64,000 bases of DNA from an uncultured Gemmatimonadales bacterium (lineage in GTDB: Bacteria > Gemmatimonadota > Gemmatimonadetes > Gemmatimonadales > Gemmatimonadaceae). A model generated the notes under the pieces. That model was given only the letters and a program-made list of their open reading frames with translations. It did not search any database and was not told the origin of the DNA. The translations under genes and the position numbers were made by a program. Location of the stretch: assembly GCA_963707505.1 (NCBI GenBank), contig CAVPQB010000003.1, positions 64,001 through 128,000 on the forward strand, read 5' to 3'. This document shows, in pieces, positions 52,550 through 62,535 of this stretch (its first letter is position 1; each line of letters opens with the position of its first letter).

Positions 52550-54052
52550 GTGATGCCTGCGCTCACGCTTCGACGCCGGCTTGCCATAGGTACGGTCGGC
52601 ATCGCGATCGTACTGGCGCTTCCGCTGGTCGTCGCAGTGCGCTCGCTGGAGCGCGTCCACAAGACGACTCTTGAACTGCGAAACGGCGCTTTTGCGGCGT
52701 CGTTGTTGATTGGCAGTCTCCGCCAGGGCACTGACGATCTTCGCCGCGCAGAGGATGCGTTGGTTTACGTCGGGACGCCCGAGACGCAGGATCGCATGAT
52801 GGCGCAGATCGCGACCATGCGAACGCTTGCTGACTCGCTGGACAGTTTCTCGCTCAAGTCTGCGTCAGTCAACGTCAGGCTCGCGCTCGATTCGCTGAGC
52901 GTGCTCGCGAACGAGGAATACGAGCGCTCGAGCGCTGCGAAGCACGATGCGGCGGAAGTCATCTCGACTCAGTGGGTGCGCCCGCGATTCGCGATCATCG
53001 AGCAGACTATAGGATCGTCTGAGCAGGTGCTGCGACAACGATCGCGCGATAGCGTCAACGCTGCGACGGACGATACCGCCGCAGCGGAGCGCGCGGCGAT
53101 CAGCGCGATGATAATCGCAATTCTGCTGGCGGGTCTCATCAGTCTGTGGCTGATCAGATCGATCACGCGACCGGTGTTCGATCTCGAGACGGGAATGCAT
53201 GCAGTTGCGAGCGGAGACTTCACGCGAAAGCTCAGCGTGCGTCCGAACAGAAAGGACGAGTTTGGACGATTGTCGGAAAGTTACGAGGCAATGGCCAACC
53301 GTCTCGCGCAGCTCGACCGGTTGAAAGCCGAGTTCGTCTCAGTCGCATCGCACGAGCTCAAAACGCCTATCAACGTCATACTCGGCTACGTCGAGCTGCT
53401 CGAAGATGGCATCTACGGGAAGCTGCAGGATCAGCAGCGCGAGGTTTGCGAGACGATCGCCGCTCAGGCACGTAACCTCACACGTCTGGTCCGCAGGCTG
53501 CTCGACGTGAGCCGCTTCGAGGCGGGCGGCGGTGCGTTGGAATGCCGTCAGCTCAACCTGGGACGATTCCTTGACACGCTTCAATCGTCGTTCAGTGTGC
53601 TGGCGATGCAGCGAAGCGTTCACTTCCAGGTGGACAGATCCGACGGCCTGCCCACCGAAGTCCGCTGGGATGAGGACCGAATGAGCGAGGTCGTGGGCAA
53701 CCTGCTTTCCAACGCGTTCAAGTTCACGCCGCGGGGCGGCAGGGTCGAGTTGTCAGCGGAGGCGCAGGACGACGACATTGTGATCGAGGTCAGGGACACC
53801 GGTGCCGGAATTCCTCCCGAGCAGCTACCGCGTATCTTTCAGAAGTTCTATCAGGCAGACAATCAGGCAAAGGCTTCTGCAAAGGGCACAGGGTTGGGCC
53901 TTGCTATCGCGAAGGAAATTGTGGAAGCACACGGAGGAAGCATTACGGCAACCAGCATCGCGGGCCAGGGCGCGACATTCCGGATAACGATGCCGGTAGC
54001 GTCCGACGTTCGCAGGAGCGGCCAGTTCCCGGTCCACACGATCGCTTCGTGA
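52550..54052 (+). CDS. Membrane sensor histidine kinase with HAMP domain
   Basis: Two TM helices flanking a helical periplasmic domain, HAMP (DEFGRL), ASHELKTP, NLLSNAFKFT, GTGLGL. Confidence 0.93.
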   Translation: MMPALTLRRRLAIGTVGIAIVLALPLVVAVRSLERVHKTTLELRNGAFAASLLIGSLRQGTDDLRRAEDALVYVGTPETQDRMMAQIATMRTLADSLDSFSLKSASVNVRLALDSLSVLANEEYERSSAAKHDAAEVISTQWVRPRFAIIEQTIGSSEQVLRQRSRDSVNAATDDTAAAERAAISAMIIAILLAGLISLWLIRSITRPVFDLETGMHAVASGDFTRKLSVRPNRKDEFGRLSESYEAMANRLAQLDRLKAEFVSVASHELKTPINVILGYVELLEDGIYGKLQDQQREVCETIAAQARNLTRLVRRLLDVSRFEAGGGALECRQLNLGRFLDTLQSSFSVLAMQRSVHFQVDRSDGLPTEVRWDEDRMSEVVGNLLSNAFKFTPRGGRVELSAEAQDDDIVIEVRDTGAGIPPEQLPRIFQKFYQADNQAKASAKGTGLGLAIAKEIVEAHGGSITATSIAGQGATFRITMPVASDVRRSGQFPVHTIAS

Positions 54053-54420
54053 TGAACGTCCGGGTTTACGCAATTGCAATCGCAGCCGCGGCCACGTTGT
54101 CCGGGTGCGGTTATCGCATCGTGCACAATCCCGACATCGTAGCGAAACGTGTCGCGACCGACTCGACCACGATTGTCGCGCTTCAGCAACAGCTTTCAGC
54201 GCTCAGGGTGCAGTGCCTCGCCGATTCGGTAAGACTGGAGGGCGAGCTGAGCTCCGCGCGTGCGGCGGCGGCAGCCGTGGTCGTTCCTCCGCCACCGCCG
54301 GTCTCCGATTCAGTGTCAAAGGCGCGCGCCGCAGAGATCGCGAGTCTCAAGGATCAACTCGCGAAGGTCAGCGCCGAGCTCGATCGCATCAAGAGACGGT
54401 TGGCGAACCCGAGGCCATAG
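54052..54420 (+). CDS. Small coiled-coil lipoprotein coupled to the kinase
   Basis: Lipobox LSGC, two coiled coils separated by a poly-Pro linker, TGATG overlap with the kinase stop. Confidence 0.75.
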   Translation: MNVRVYAIAIAAAATLSGCGYRIVHNPDIVAKRVATDSTTIVALQQQLSALRVQCLADSVRLEGELSSARAAAAAVVVPPPPPVSDSVSKARAAEIASLKDQLAKVSAELDRIKRRLANPRP

Positions 54421-54441
54421 TCGGGCCTCGATTGCATCTCA

Positions 54442-54475
54442 AGTGTGAAGCACGGATGCATCCGGCCTTCACACT
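54442..54475. terminator. Hairpin between convergent genes
   Basis: AGTGTGAAG..CGGATGCATCCG..CTTCACACT. Confidence 0.5.
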
Positions 54476-54509
54476 CGCAACGACATCCAGGCTGGTGATT
54501 GGCATTGCG

Positions 54510-56609
54510 TCATCCCACCCGGAACAACTCCAGCGCCCTGGAATACCGTGCCGTCAATACGCGCTTGATGCCGGCGTTCTCGGGCGCAACAAGTTCCGGA
54601 TCTGCGCCAAGCACTCGCTCCGCTTCTTCGCGCGCGATAAGATTCAGAGCTTCATCACGTAGCGGGTCGGCGATCTGAAACATCGCCTCACCGCTCTGAC
54701 GCTGCCCAAATAAATCGCCCATTCCGCGCAACCTGAGATCCTGTCGCGCGATCTCGAAGCCGTCGTCGGTCCCGGTGAAGACAGCCAGACGCTCCGCAGA
54801 CTCGTCTCCGACATCGCCGAGCAGAATGCAGTACGCAGCCTCGGCGCCACGTCCGACGCGACCACGCAGTTGATGCAGCTGCGAGAGACCGAATCGCTCG
54901 GGATGCTCGATCAGCATCACGGTGGCGTTCGGAACGTCGATGCCGACTTCGATGACCGTAGTTGCGACGAGAATATCGATCTCACCATCGCGAAACGCGC
55001 GCATCACACGATCACGCTCGTCGGATGCGACGCGCCCGTGCAGTAGCGCCATCCGGCGATCTGCGAACACCGATGCGGATAGTTGGTCGAACATGACCGT
55101 CGCCGCCTTCAGGTCCATCTTCTCCGACTCCTCGATCACCGGATAGACGATGTATGCCTGGCGTCCAGACTCGATCTGATGCCGCACGAACGAGAATACG
55201 CGGCCGCGCGCCGATTCCGCGCGCGACACCGTGGTGATCGGCAACCGTCCCGCGGGGCGCTCGTCGAGTGTGCTCACATCCAGATCGCCGTAAGTCGTGA
55301 GCGCCAGCGAGCGCGGAATCGGAGTCGCGCTCATGAGGAGCGTATCGGGTGCTTCTCCCTTCCCCGCTATGGCTTCACGCTGCTCCACACCGAATCGGTG
55401 CTGTTCATCTATCGCAACGAAGCCCAGCTGCGCAAACTGCGCGCTCTGCTGCACCAGCGCGTGCGTACCGACAACGATTACAGGCTCCGCACTCGCCATG
55501 CGTGCGAGGACTGCTTTTCTTTCGCGCGCACCCAGGCTTCCCGTCAGCAACAGGGGTTCGATTCCGAGCGGTGCCAGCAGCGTCGTGAAAGTGCGCAGAT
55601 GTTGCTCAGCGAGCAGCTCTGTCGGTGCCATGAGCGCGGCCTGATAACCGTTTTCCAGGGCCAGGAGGGCCGCGAACAGCGCGACGATAGTCTTGCCGCT
55701 TCCCACGTCGCCCTGCAGCAAACGGTGCATGCGCCGCGGGCTGCACATGTCCGCAACTATCTCGCGTAGCGCGTGCGCCTGCGCACTCGTGAGCGTGTAT
55801 GGCAGCTGTTCGCGCAACGCCGAGGTGAGCTTGCGATGATTCTCGAATCGGATGCCACCTCGCTCTTCCCGGGCCAGCCGGTTCGCACGGCGCTGCAACA
55901 GCTGCACAAAGAACAGCTCATCGAATGCAAGACGCTCGCGCCCACGCTCAGCCTCGGCGATCGACGTTGGACGATGCACCATTCGGAATGCATCCGCCAG
56001 CCGGACAACGTGTGCGCGACCAAGCAACTGCGATGACAGCTCGTCCTCCACCAAGGGCAACAGCGCGTCCAGATGGGCGTCGATGAGTGAGCGTAGAACC
56101 TTGAACGAGATCCCCTCGGTCGCCGGATAGACCGACAACACGCGTCCACCGCTCGTCGGATTCTCGTCGGGTCCGAGATTGACGTATTCGCGCGGAGCGA
56201 GCTGACGCCCGTGAAAAAAACGTACCGGCCCGCTCAACAGCAAAGTGTCGTCCTTGTGTATGACACGATCGAGAAACGGCTGACCTGGCCACGACACCTC
56301 GATGATCCCGCTGTCGTCGCGCACGACAGCCTGGAATATTCGCAATCCCTTGCGCGTCGGTATCACGCCCTTGGAGATAACGCGGCCGATAACGGTCGCG
56401 TCCATCCCGGGCTCGAGCGACGAGATGTGCCTTATCGTGCTTGCATCCTCGTAGCGGCGCGGCACGTGCCACAACAGGTCGCCAGCTGTGATGATGCCGA
56501 GCTTGCGCAGCGACTCCGCACGCGCTGGCCCAACACCCTTGAGAAAATTGATCGGCGTATCGAGCCGCAGACGCGCGGACATCGGCGATGGTACGCCGCT
56601 TCGCGCCAT
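54510..56609 (-). CDS. recG: ATP-dependent DNA helicase RecG
   Basis: LKGVGP, RLLQGDVGSGKT, DEQHRFG, MSATPIPR, RFGLSQLHQLRGRVGRG. Confidence 0.97.
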   Translation of the reverse strand: MARSGVPSPMSARLRLDTPINFLKGVGPARAESLRKLGIITAGDLLWHVPRRYEDASTIRHISSLEPGMDATVIGRVISKGVIPTRKGLRIFQAVVRDDSGIIEVSWPGQPFLDRVIHKDDTLLLSGPVRFFHGRQLAPREYVNLGPDENPTSGGRVLSVYPATEGISFKVLRSLIDAHLDALLPLVEDELSSQLLGRAHVVRLADAFRMVHRPTSIAEAERGRERLAFDELFFVQLLQRRANRLAREERGGIRFENHRKLTSALREQLPYTLTSAQAHALREIVADMCSPRRMHRLLQGDVGSGKTIVALFAALLALENGYQAALMAPTELLAEQHLRTFTTLLAPLGIEPLLLTGSLGARERKAVLARMASAEPVIVVGTHALVQQSAQFAQLGFVAIDEQHRFGVEQREAIAGKGEAPDTLLMSATPIPRSLALTTYGDLDVSTLDERPAGRLPITTVSRAESARGRVFSFVRHQIESGRQAYIVYPVIEESEKMDLKAATVMFDQLSASVFADRRMALLHGRVASDERDRVMRAFRDGEIDILVATTVIEVGIDVPNATVMLIEHPERFGLSQLHQLRGRVGRGAEAAYCILLGDVGDESAERLAVFTGTDDGFEIARQDLRLRGMGDLFGQRQSGEAMFQIADPLRDEALNLIAREEAERVLGADPELVAPENAGIKRVLTARYSRALELFRVG

Positions 56610-57541
56610 CAGTCGCCCAGGACCTCGCGAGAAAAACGCGCCGCGTCGAATGCGACGAGGTCGCTCGCCTTCTCGCCGACGCCAACGAATTTCACGGGCA
56701 CATCGATGGCTTCATGGACTGCGACAACCACTCCGCCGCGCGCGGTGCCATCGAGTTTCGTGATTACAAGACCGGTGAGCGGAACGGAGGCCGCGAATGT
56801 CTTCGCCTGACTCACCGCGTTCTGGCCGATAGTGCCATCCAGCACGAGCAGCGTTTCATGCGGCGCACCGGGAAGTCGCTTCGCAATGACACGATTCACC
56901 TTGCGCAGCTCTTCCATCAGGCTGTCGCTCGTGTGCAACCGTCCGGCGGTATCCACGATCACGACGTCAACGCCACGCGTGATACCGGCTTCCACGGCAT
57001 TGTAAGCAACCGACGCCGGATCCGATCGCTCCGCGCCACCGACGAACTCTGCTCCGGTTCTCTCCGCCCACACACGGAGCTGATCGATCGCGCCCGCGCG
57101 AAACGTGTCCGCCGCGCCCACCAGCACCGTCTTGCCCTGTGCACGCAACGCGCTGGAAATTTTCCCGATGAATGTCGTCTTCCCCGCACCATTCACCCCG
57201 ACGATCAGCATCACAAGCGGCTTGCTCTCGGCGGCGCGAAGCGCGGGGTCGGCACTGCCAGCACGTAGCGCGTTCTCGATCCCCTTGCTGAGCGCCGTCT
57301 TGAACTCGTCGCTCGTCCGGATCTGACCGCGCTGCGCCTGGCGCGAGATCTCATCGACGAGCCGCAGCGTTACGGGAACACCAAAGTCCGACTGAAGCAG
57401 GATCTCCTCGACCTGCTCGAGCGACCCTTTGTCGACCCCGCCTCTCGCGATGACCGCGACGTCGGTGAGGGCAACGTCCTTGATCCGTTGCCATAGCGAC
57501 CGCCTGGGGACGTCGCCTTCTTTACGAGACAGAAATGCCAT
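56609..57541 (-). CDS. ftsY: SRP receptor FtsY (short, no acidic domain)
   Basis: GVNGAGKTT, DTFRAGAIDQL, DTAGRLH, TKLDGTARGG, GVGE. Confidence 0.95.
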   Translation of the reverse strand: MAFLSRKEGDVPRRSLWQRIKDVALTDVAVIARGGVDKGSLEQVEEILLQSDFGVPVTLRLVDEISRQAQRGQIRTSDEFKTALSKGIENALRAGSADPALRAAESKPLVMLIVGVNGAGKTTFIGKISSALRAQGKTVLVGAADTFRAGAIDQLRVWAERTGAEFVGGAERSDPASVAYNAVEAGITRGVDVVIVDTAGRLHTSDSLMEELRKVNRVIAKRLPGAPHETLLVLDGTIGQNAVSQAKTFAASVPLTGLVITKLDGTARGGVVVAVHEAIDVPVKFVGVGEKASDLVAFDAARFSREVLGD

Positions 57542-57726
57542 TTTGGGGGAAATCCGGGCGCAGCCGAGCCCGGTTGGATAAGTCAAAAACGTACAGTCGC
57601 CACCGGGTGGTGGCGTGACACGAGCGAATCTGACAGTAATTTACCCTGAACGCGCGGTCGAGAGATCAAGCGAACTGTCTCTGGCACAGTCCTTCCAGCG
57701 ACGATCTCTCCTACAGGAAGGTCCGA

Positions 57727-57930
57727 ATGTATATCATCATTGCAGCCATAGTATTCGCAGCGATCGCGCTCCTCGTCATGGTTGATCTGCGGAAGCGCCG
57801 CCACCGGAGGCGCAGATACCCGGCCCAGCCGGACGGAGTGCGCACCTGCGTATCGTGCGGGAAGGTGCTACGAGCAGGGGCGACCGATTGCAGTCACTGC
57901 GGCGCCGATTCGGTTGTGATCGTCGTCTGA
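57727..57930 (+). CDS. Small membrane protein with C-terminal zinc ribbon
   Basis: N-terminal TM helix, Arg-rich linker, CVSCG..CSHCG. AGGAAGG upstream. Confidence 0.65.
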   Translation: MYIIIAAIVFAAIALLVMVDLRKRRHRRRRYPAQPDGVRTCVSCGKVLRAGATDCSHCGADSVVIVV

Positions 57931-57948
57931 CATTGCGCACTCGCGGCC

Positions 57949-57988
57949 AAAAAAAGATCCCGCTGGAGACGTACTCCAGCGGGATCTT
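57949..57988 (-). terminator. Rho-independent terminator of the dcw/M23 transcript (possibly bidirectional)
   Basis: AAGATCCCGCTGGAG-ACGTA-CTCCAGCGGGATCTT with an A7 run on its left. Confidence 0.8.
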
Positions 57989-58014
57989 GTGCCTTCTGTA
58001 TCGTCGAGCGCAGA

Positions 58015-59112
58015 TCAGCGCATCGCAACCTGTTTGGGTTCACCCGAATGCGCCATGACGGCGAGCGTATGCGCGCGGATCTCGTTGAACAGTGCTGTCT
58101 CGGAACTGCTGAGTGACGCACCACTCTGACCTTTCAGCGCAAGCTTGGGATCGCGTGCAACGCCGTGCACTCGGATCTCGAAGTGAAGATGCGGACCCGT
58201 CGCCCATCCCGTCATACCGACGTAACCGATGGTCTCGCCCATCTTCACATGAGTGCCTGAGTGAATTCCCCGTGCGAATCTGCTCATGTGTCCGTAGCGG
58301 CTGACCATACCGTTGCTGTGACGGATGTCGATCATGTTGCCGTAGCCGCCAACGCGTCCTGCCGTCACGATCACACCATCGCCGATTGCGTGTACCGGCG
58401 TTCCCATCGCTGCTGCGTAATCAGTACCAGTGTGATTGCGCCACGTTCCGAAGATCGGGTGCTCACGCAATCCGAACACTGATGATATACGGCGAAAATT
58501 TACCGGTGTGCGAAGGAACGTCGACGTCAACGACTTGCCGTGACCGTCGAACCATTCGCTGCCGGAGTTGTTGCTCTTGAAGTGAATCGCTTCGATTATC
58601 TCGTCGCCAAGTGAGAGCTTGGCGCCGAGGATCTTGTTGACGATCACCTTTCCGTTGGGCTGCTGCAAGCGCTCGACGAGCACGTGAAACGTGTCACCGT
58701 CATCGAGATCGCGCGACATGTCCACGCGATGCTCGAAGATGTCAGCGAGGTTCCATGCAATCGAGCGACGCTGTGCTGCCGGCAGCTCGCCCTGGCCCAT
58801 GTGCTCCAGGGAGGCGGAGAGCGAGGAGTGAATGGTTCCGGTCAACGCCACGGTATCCACGCCCGGCGACAATGTCGCCTCGACAACCACGGGCCGGAAG
58901 CTGATCTCCGGCGCAGACGGGCCTGGCGTTGAAACAATAACTGGATCGAGGGTGGTGACCGCAGCTGCGGCAATCGCCCTGTTTGTCGCGGCAAGCGCGG
59001 CTGAATCTGTGACCGGCGCAGAAGAGGCTACGGGGGGCGTGAAGAGAATTGCCACCCATGCCATCAACCCGATTATTCCATATGTGCCGGCGCGCGCTGC
59101 TACTTCCTTCAA
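58015..59112 (-). CDS. M23 family murein endopeptidase (MepM-like)
   Basis: N-terminal anchor, [37 protein letters not shown]. Confidence 0.92.
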   Translation of the reverse strand: MKEVAARAGTYGIIGLMAWVAILFTPPVASSAPVTDSAALAATNRAIAAAAVTTLDPVIVSTPGPSAPEISFRPVVVEATLSPGVDTVALTGTIHSSLSASLEHMGQGELPAAQRRSIAWNLADIFEHRVDMSRDLDDGDTFHVLVERLQQPNGKVIVNKILGAKLSLGDEIIEAIHFKSNNSGSEWFDGHGKSLTSTFLRTPVNFRRISSVFGLREHPIFGTWRNHTGTDYAAAMGTPVHAIGDGVIVTAGRVGGYGNMIDIRHSNGMVSRYGHMSRFARGIHSGTHVKMGETIGYVGMTGWATGPHLHFEIRVHGVARDPKLALKGQSGASLSSSETALFNEIRAHTLAVMAHSGEPKQVAMR

Positions 59113-60338
59113 TCCATCTGCCTCCGAATAAAGGTCGGGATCTCCATATCGCTTAGTTCCTGGTCCCGACCGTCATTCGAAGACGACCCCGGGTTGAACG
59201 ACGTCACTCGTCTTGGAATCTCTGGTATTGCAGCGGGGGTCGGACGAATCGGACCACCGTTGGCCGGCGCCTGGTTGGGGCGCACCGTTCTCGTAGAATG
59301 AAGCGGAATCACCGGCGCACCACGAACCGGATGCTGAATGGTGCTACCGAATACTGGCTGAGGGGCACTACTCGCGATGCCGCGATCAAATCCGGTCGCA
59401 ATGACCGTAACGCGAATCTCGCCGTGCATCGCGGGCTCATGAACGGCACCGAAAATGATCTCGGCTTCCTCGCCCACGGCTTCGTGAACTATCTCGTTGA
59501 TCTGATGAACTTCACCGAGCGTGAGGTCCTCGCCGCCCGTAATGTTGACAAGTACGCCGGTCGCGCCGGAGATCGAAACGTTGTCGAGCAACGGGCTCGC
59601 AATCGCCTGCTGTGCAGCCTCGACTGCGCGATTTTCGCCGCGGCCGATTCCGGTGCCCATCAGCGCCGAACCACCGTTCTGCATGACCGTGCGCACGTCG
59701 GCAAAATCGACGTTCACGAGTCCCGTGACGGAGATCAGTGACGAGATGCCCTGCGTCGCGTGGAGCAGAACCTCGTCAGCTTTCTTGAGCGCCTCCTGAA
59801 ACGGAATCCCCTTGCCTACCACAGCGAGCAGACGCTCGTTCGGCACGACGATCATCGTATCGACGTTCTTCCGCATCTCGGCGATACCGAGCTCGGCCTG
59901 TCGCATCCGCTTGCGTCCCTCGAAGAGGAACGGCTTGGTGACGATGCCAACAGTGAGAGCGCCAGCCTGACGCGCAAGCTCACAGACGACGGGCGCCGCG
60001 CCAGTGCCCGTGCCGCCACCCATTCCGCACGTCACAAAGACGAGATCGGCATGGGTCATCGCGCGCAGCACCTCGTCGCGATTTTCCTCGATTGCCTGGC
60101 GACCAACCTCCGGGCGCGCGCCTGCTCCAAGGCCGCGCGTAAGCTTCTTGCCTATCTGAAGCTTCACGTCCGATTTCGAGTTGAGAAGAGCCTGGGCATC
60201 CGTATTGACCGAGACGAACTCAACGCCTTCAAGGCGCTCCTCGATCATTCTGTTAACAGCGTTGCCACCGCCACCGCCGACGCCGACAACCTTCATCCGC
60301 GCGTTCTGCGATGTGTTCTCCTCAAACTCAAATATCAT
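59109..60338 (-). CDS. ftsZ: Cell division protein FtsZ
   Basis: [32 protein letters not shown]-terminal [12 protein letters not shown]. Confidence 0.98.
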   Translation of the reverse strand: MIFEFEENTSQNARMKVVGVGGGGGNAVNRMIEERLEGVEFVSVNTDAQALLNSKSDVKLQIGKKLTRGLGAGARPEVGRQAIEENRDEVLRAMTHADLVFVTCGMGGGTGTGAAPVVCELARQAGALTVGIVTKPFLFEGRKRMRQAELGIAEMRKNVDTMIVVPNERLLAVVGKGIPFQEALKKADEVLLHATQGISSLISVTGLVNVDFADVRTVMQNGGSALMGTGIGRGENRAVEAAQQAIASPLLDNVSISGATGVLVNITGGEDLTLGEVHQINEIVHEAVGEEAEIIFGAVHEPAMHGEIRVTVIATGFDRGIASSAPQPVFGSTIQHPVRGAPVIPLHSTRTVRPNQAPANGGPIRPTPAAIPEIPRRVTSFNPGSSSNDGRDQELSDMEIPTFIRRQMD

Positions 60339-60583
60339 CGCGGTATGCACTCCTAGGCGGGTGGGATCGTATGGACGGGCTAATATACGTGAAAGACACG
60401 CTCCCGACCATGCCCAATTGACGATCGAACGCTGGACATTTCACACATAAAATGTTTAGCAGTTTTTCCACACGATTTTATTTTCCGACAGCTTTGCGAC
60501 ATCAAACGCCAGCGGGGCTTCTCGCTTGACCGTTGACATCCGATCCGCCGGCCAGGGCCGTTCACGGCGGAGCAAGAAGCTCT

Positions 60584-61837
60584 TTAGAAGAAATCTTCCA
60601 GCCAGTTCTTCATCCGCTTGGCGAGCTTGTCAACGCCGGGCGCGTTGAACGAGTTCCGCTTGGCGCTCGGACCGCCGCCGTCCGCGACAAGACGATTGGC
60701 ACCATATAACGCGAGGCCGACCGCAGTCGCGAACCGCGGCGCTTCCACGGAATCACTGAGCCCGCCGACGTGCTCGCCCGGGACGCCTACCCGCACGCCA
60801 GTGCCAAACACGCTTGCCGCAAGCTCGGTAATCCCTTCCATGGCCGCGCCGCCGCCAGTCAGCACAATCCCGCCAGCGAGCCGCGAGCCGTAGCCCGCCC
60901 CATGTATCTCCCGGTGGACCATGTCGAAGATCTCATCCATGCGTTGATGGATGATGTGCGCCAGCAGCTCACGCGGGATCTGCCTGTCACCCTGCGCCAC
61001 GGTGCTGGGCAGCTGGATGACATCAGCGGGATCGACCATCGGCTCGTATGCGCTGCCGTAACGCTCCTTCAGTCGCTCTGCGTCCGATTGCGTCACGCCC
61101 AGTCCGTGCACGATGTCGTTCGTCACGATGTTGCCACCGAAGCCGAGCGTCGCGAGATGCCGGATCTTACCCTCGTGAAATATCGCGATGTCGGTTGTTC
61201 CAGCGCCGAGCTCGACGAGCGCAACGCCCAGCTCCTTCTCGTCTTCCGTGAGAACGGCCAGCGCGCTTGCAAGCGGCTCCAGAACGAGGTCACGCACACG
61301 ATAGCCAGCCCGCTCCACACTCTTGCGCAGATTCATTGCAGGCGAGCTGCCGATCGTCACCAGGTACATCTCGGTCTCGAGACGAGTGCCGATCATGCCG
61401 ATCGGATCGCGCACACCGGCGTTCTTGTCGACAGTGTACTCCTGCGGAATCGCGTGCAACAGCTCGCGATCCTGCGGGATCGCCTGCGCGCGCGCTACAT
61501 CATTGGCACGGTCAACGTCGGCGCGTGATATCTCCTCGCCGTTCACCGCGACGATTCCGGTACTGCTCATCGCGTGCACGTGCTCGCCGGCTATGCCAGC
61601 GTATATCGTCTCGATTCTCGTGCCCGCCATTCGCTCGGCGTCCTGCATCGCTTTCTGAATCGAGCGGGTCGTCTCCTCGATGTCGGACACGATTCCGCGG
61701 CGAAGTCCGGTTGTGCGAGCCTGACCGACGCCGAGGATCCGGATCGTCGGGTGACGGTCGCCAATCGCTTCCGCGATGATGGCAGTGGTCTTCGCAGAGC
61801 CTATGTCCAGCCCGGCAACTACGCGTTCAACGTTCAT
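60584..61837 (-). CDS. ftsA: Cell division protein FtsA
   Basis: GLDIGSAK, LEPLAS..LTEDEKELG, GAGTTD, VLTGGG, C-terminal amphipathic WLEDFF. Confidence 0.96.
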   Translation of the reverse strand: MNVERVVAGLDIGSAKTTAIIAEAIGDRHPTIRILGVGQARTTGLRRGIVSDIEETTRSIQKAMQDAERMAGTRIETIYAGIAGEHVHAMSSTGIVAVNGEEISRADVDRANDVARAQAIPQDRELLHAIPQEYTVDKNAGVRDPIGMIGTRLETEMYLVTIGSSPAMNLRKSVERAGYRVRDLVLEPLASALAVLTEDEKELGVALVELGAGTTDIAIFHEGKIRHLATLGFGGNIVTNDIVHGLGVTQSDAERLKERYGSAYEPMVDPADVIQLPSTVAQGDRQIPRELLAHIIHQRMDEIFDMVHREIHGAGYGSRLAGGIVLTGGGAAMEGITELAASVFGTGVRVGVPGEHVGGLSDSVEAPRFATAVGLALYGANRLVADGGGPSAKRNSFNAPGVDKLAKRMKNWLEDFF

Positions 61838-62535
61838 TCAAGCCTTGCGACAACCTGATCGCGATAACGGATGTCCAACTCTGCTGCCCGCTCATTGCGG
61901 CGGGCCAGGTCGGATTCAACGGGAAAGATATCCCGGAAGCGTTGCGGGGCCACCCCCGCCGACGCTCGCACACGCAATGATGAGTTTAGCGTGAATACCA
62001 GGTCGTGCCCATCCGGCGCGACCTCGCTGATCAGTCCGAACATTTTGGGATCGATCGCACGCAGGTCCCCAACGAGCCGGAGCGCATCGCGATCCGGTGC
62101 CGTCACCACTGGCAGGTCCAGATTCGCTGTGCTTGGATCGATCGGCAGCGCGCGCCCGGCAGAATCGTACGGCTGGAGCCCATCTCCGCGTGGCACGAGT
62201 GCGACCGGCATGTTCTCTCTGATGGTGATTATCAGCGTTCCGGGAAACCGGCGAGTGATCTGGACATCTGCGACTTGTGGATGCGATCTGAGGCGCGCCT
62301 CGAGCGGAGCTATGTCATCGACGATCGACCGAAGCGTATCCACTCGCAGCCGCGCAACCACATCGTCCGGCTGAAGGTACCGCACACCGCGAATCTCGAG
62401 CTTCCTGACATGGAAGTACGTCATCCGGTGCATCGCCGCCCGGCCCCATTTGGGGGCCGTGACCAGTGCCGCTGCAAGGATGATCCCGGCCAGGTACCGA
62501 TAGCCGGGTTTCTTGAGTCGCTCGGGAAACTTCAA
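61834..62535 (-). CDS. ftsQ: Cell division protein FtsQ/DivIB
   Basis: TM helix, POTRA (FHVRKLEIRG..RRFPGTLIITIRE), C-terminal LDIRYRDQVV. Lies between murC and ftsA. Confidence 0.88.
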   Translation of the reverse strand: MKFPERLKKPGYRYLAGIILAAALVTAPKWGRAAMHRMTYFHVRKLEIRGVRYLQPDDVVARLRVDTLRSIVDDIAPLEARLRSHPQVADVQITRRFPGTLIITIRENMPVALVPRGDGLQPYDSAGRALPIDPSTANLDLPVVTAPDRDALRLVGDLRAIDPKMFGLISEVAPDGHDLVFTLNSSLRVRASAGVAPQRFRDIFPVESDLARRNERAAELDIRYRDQVVARLE

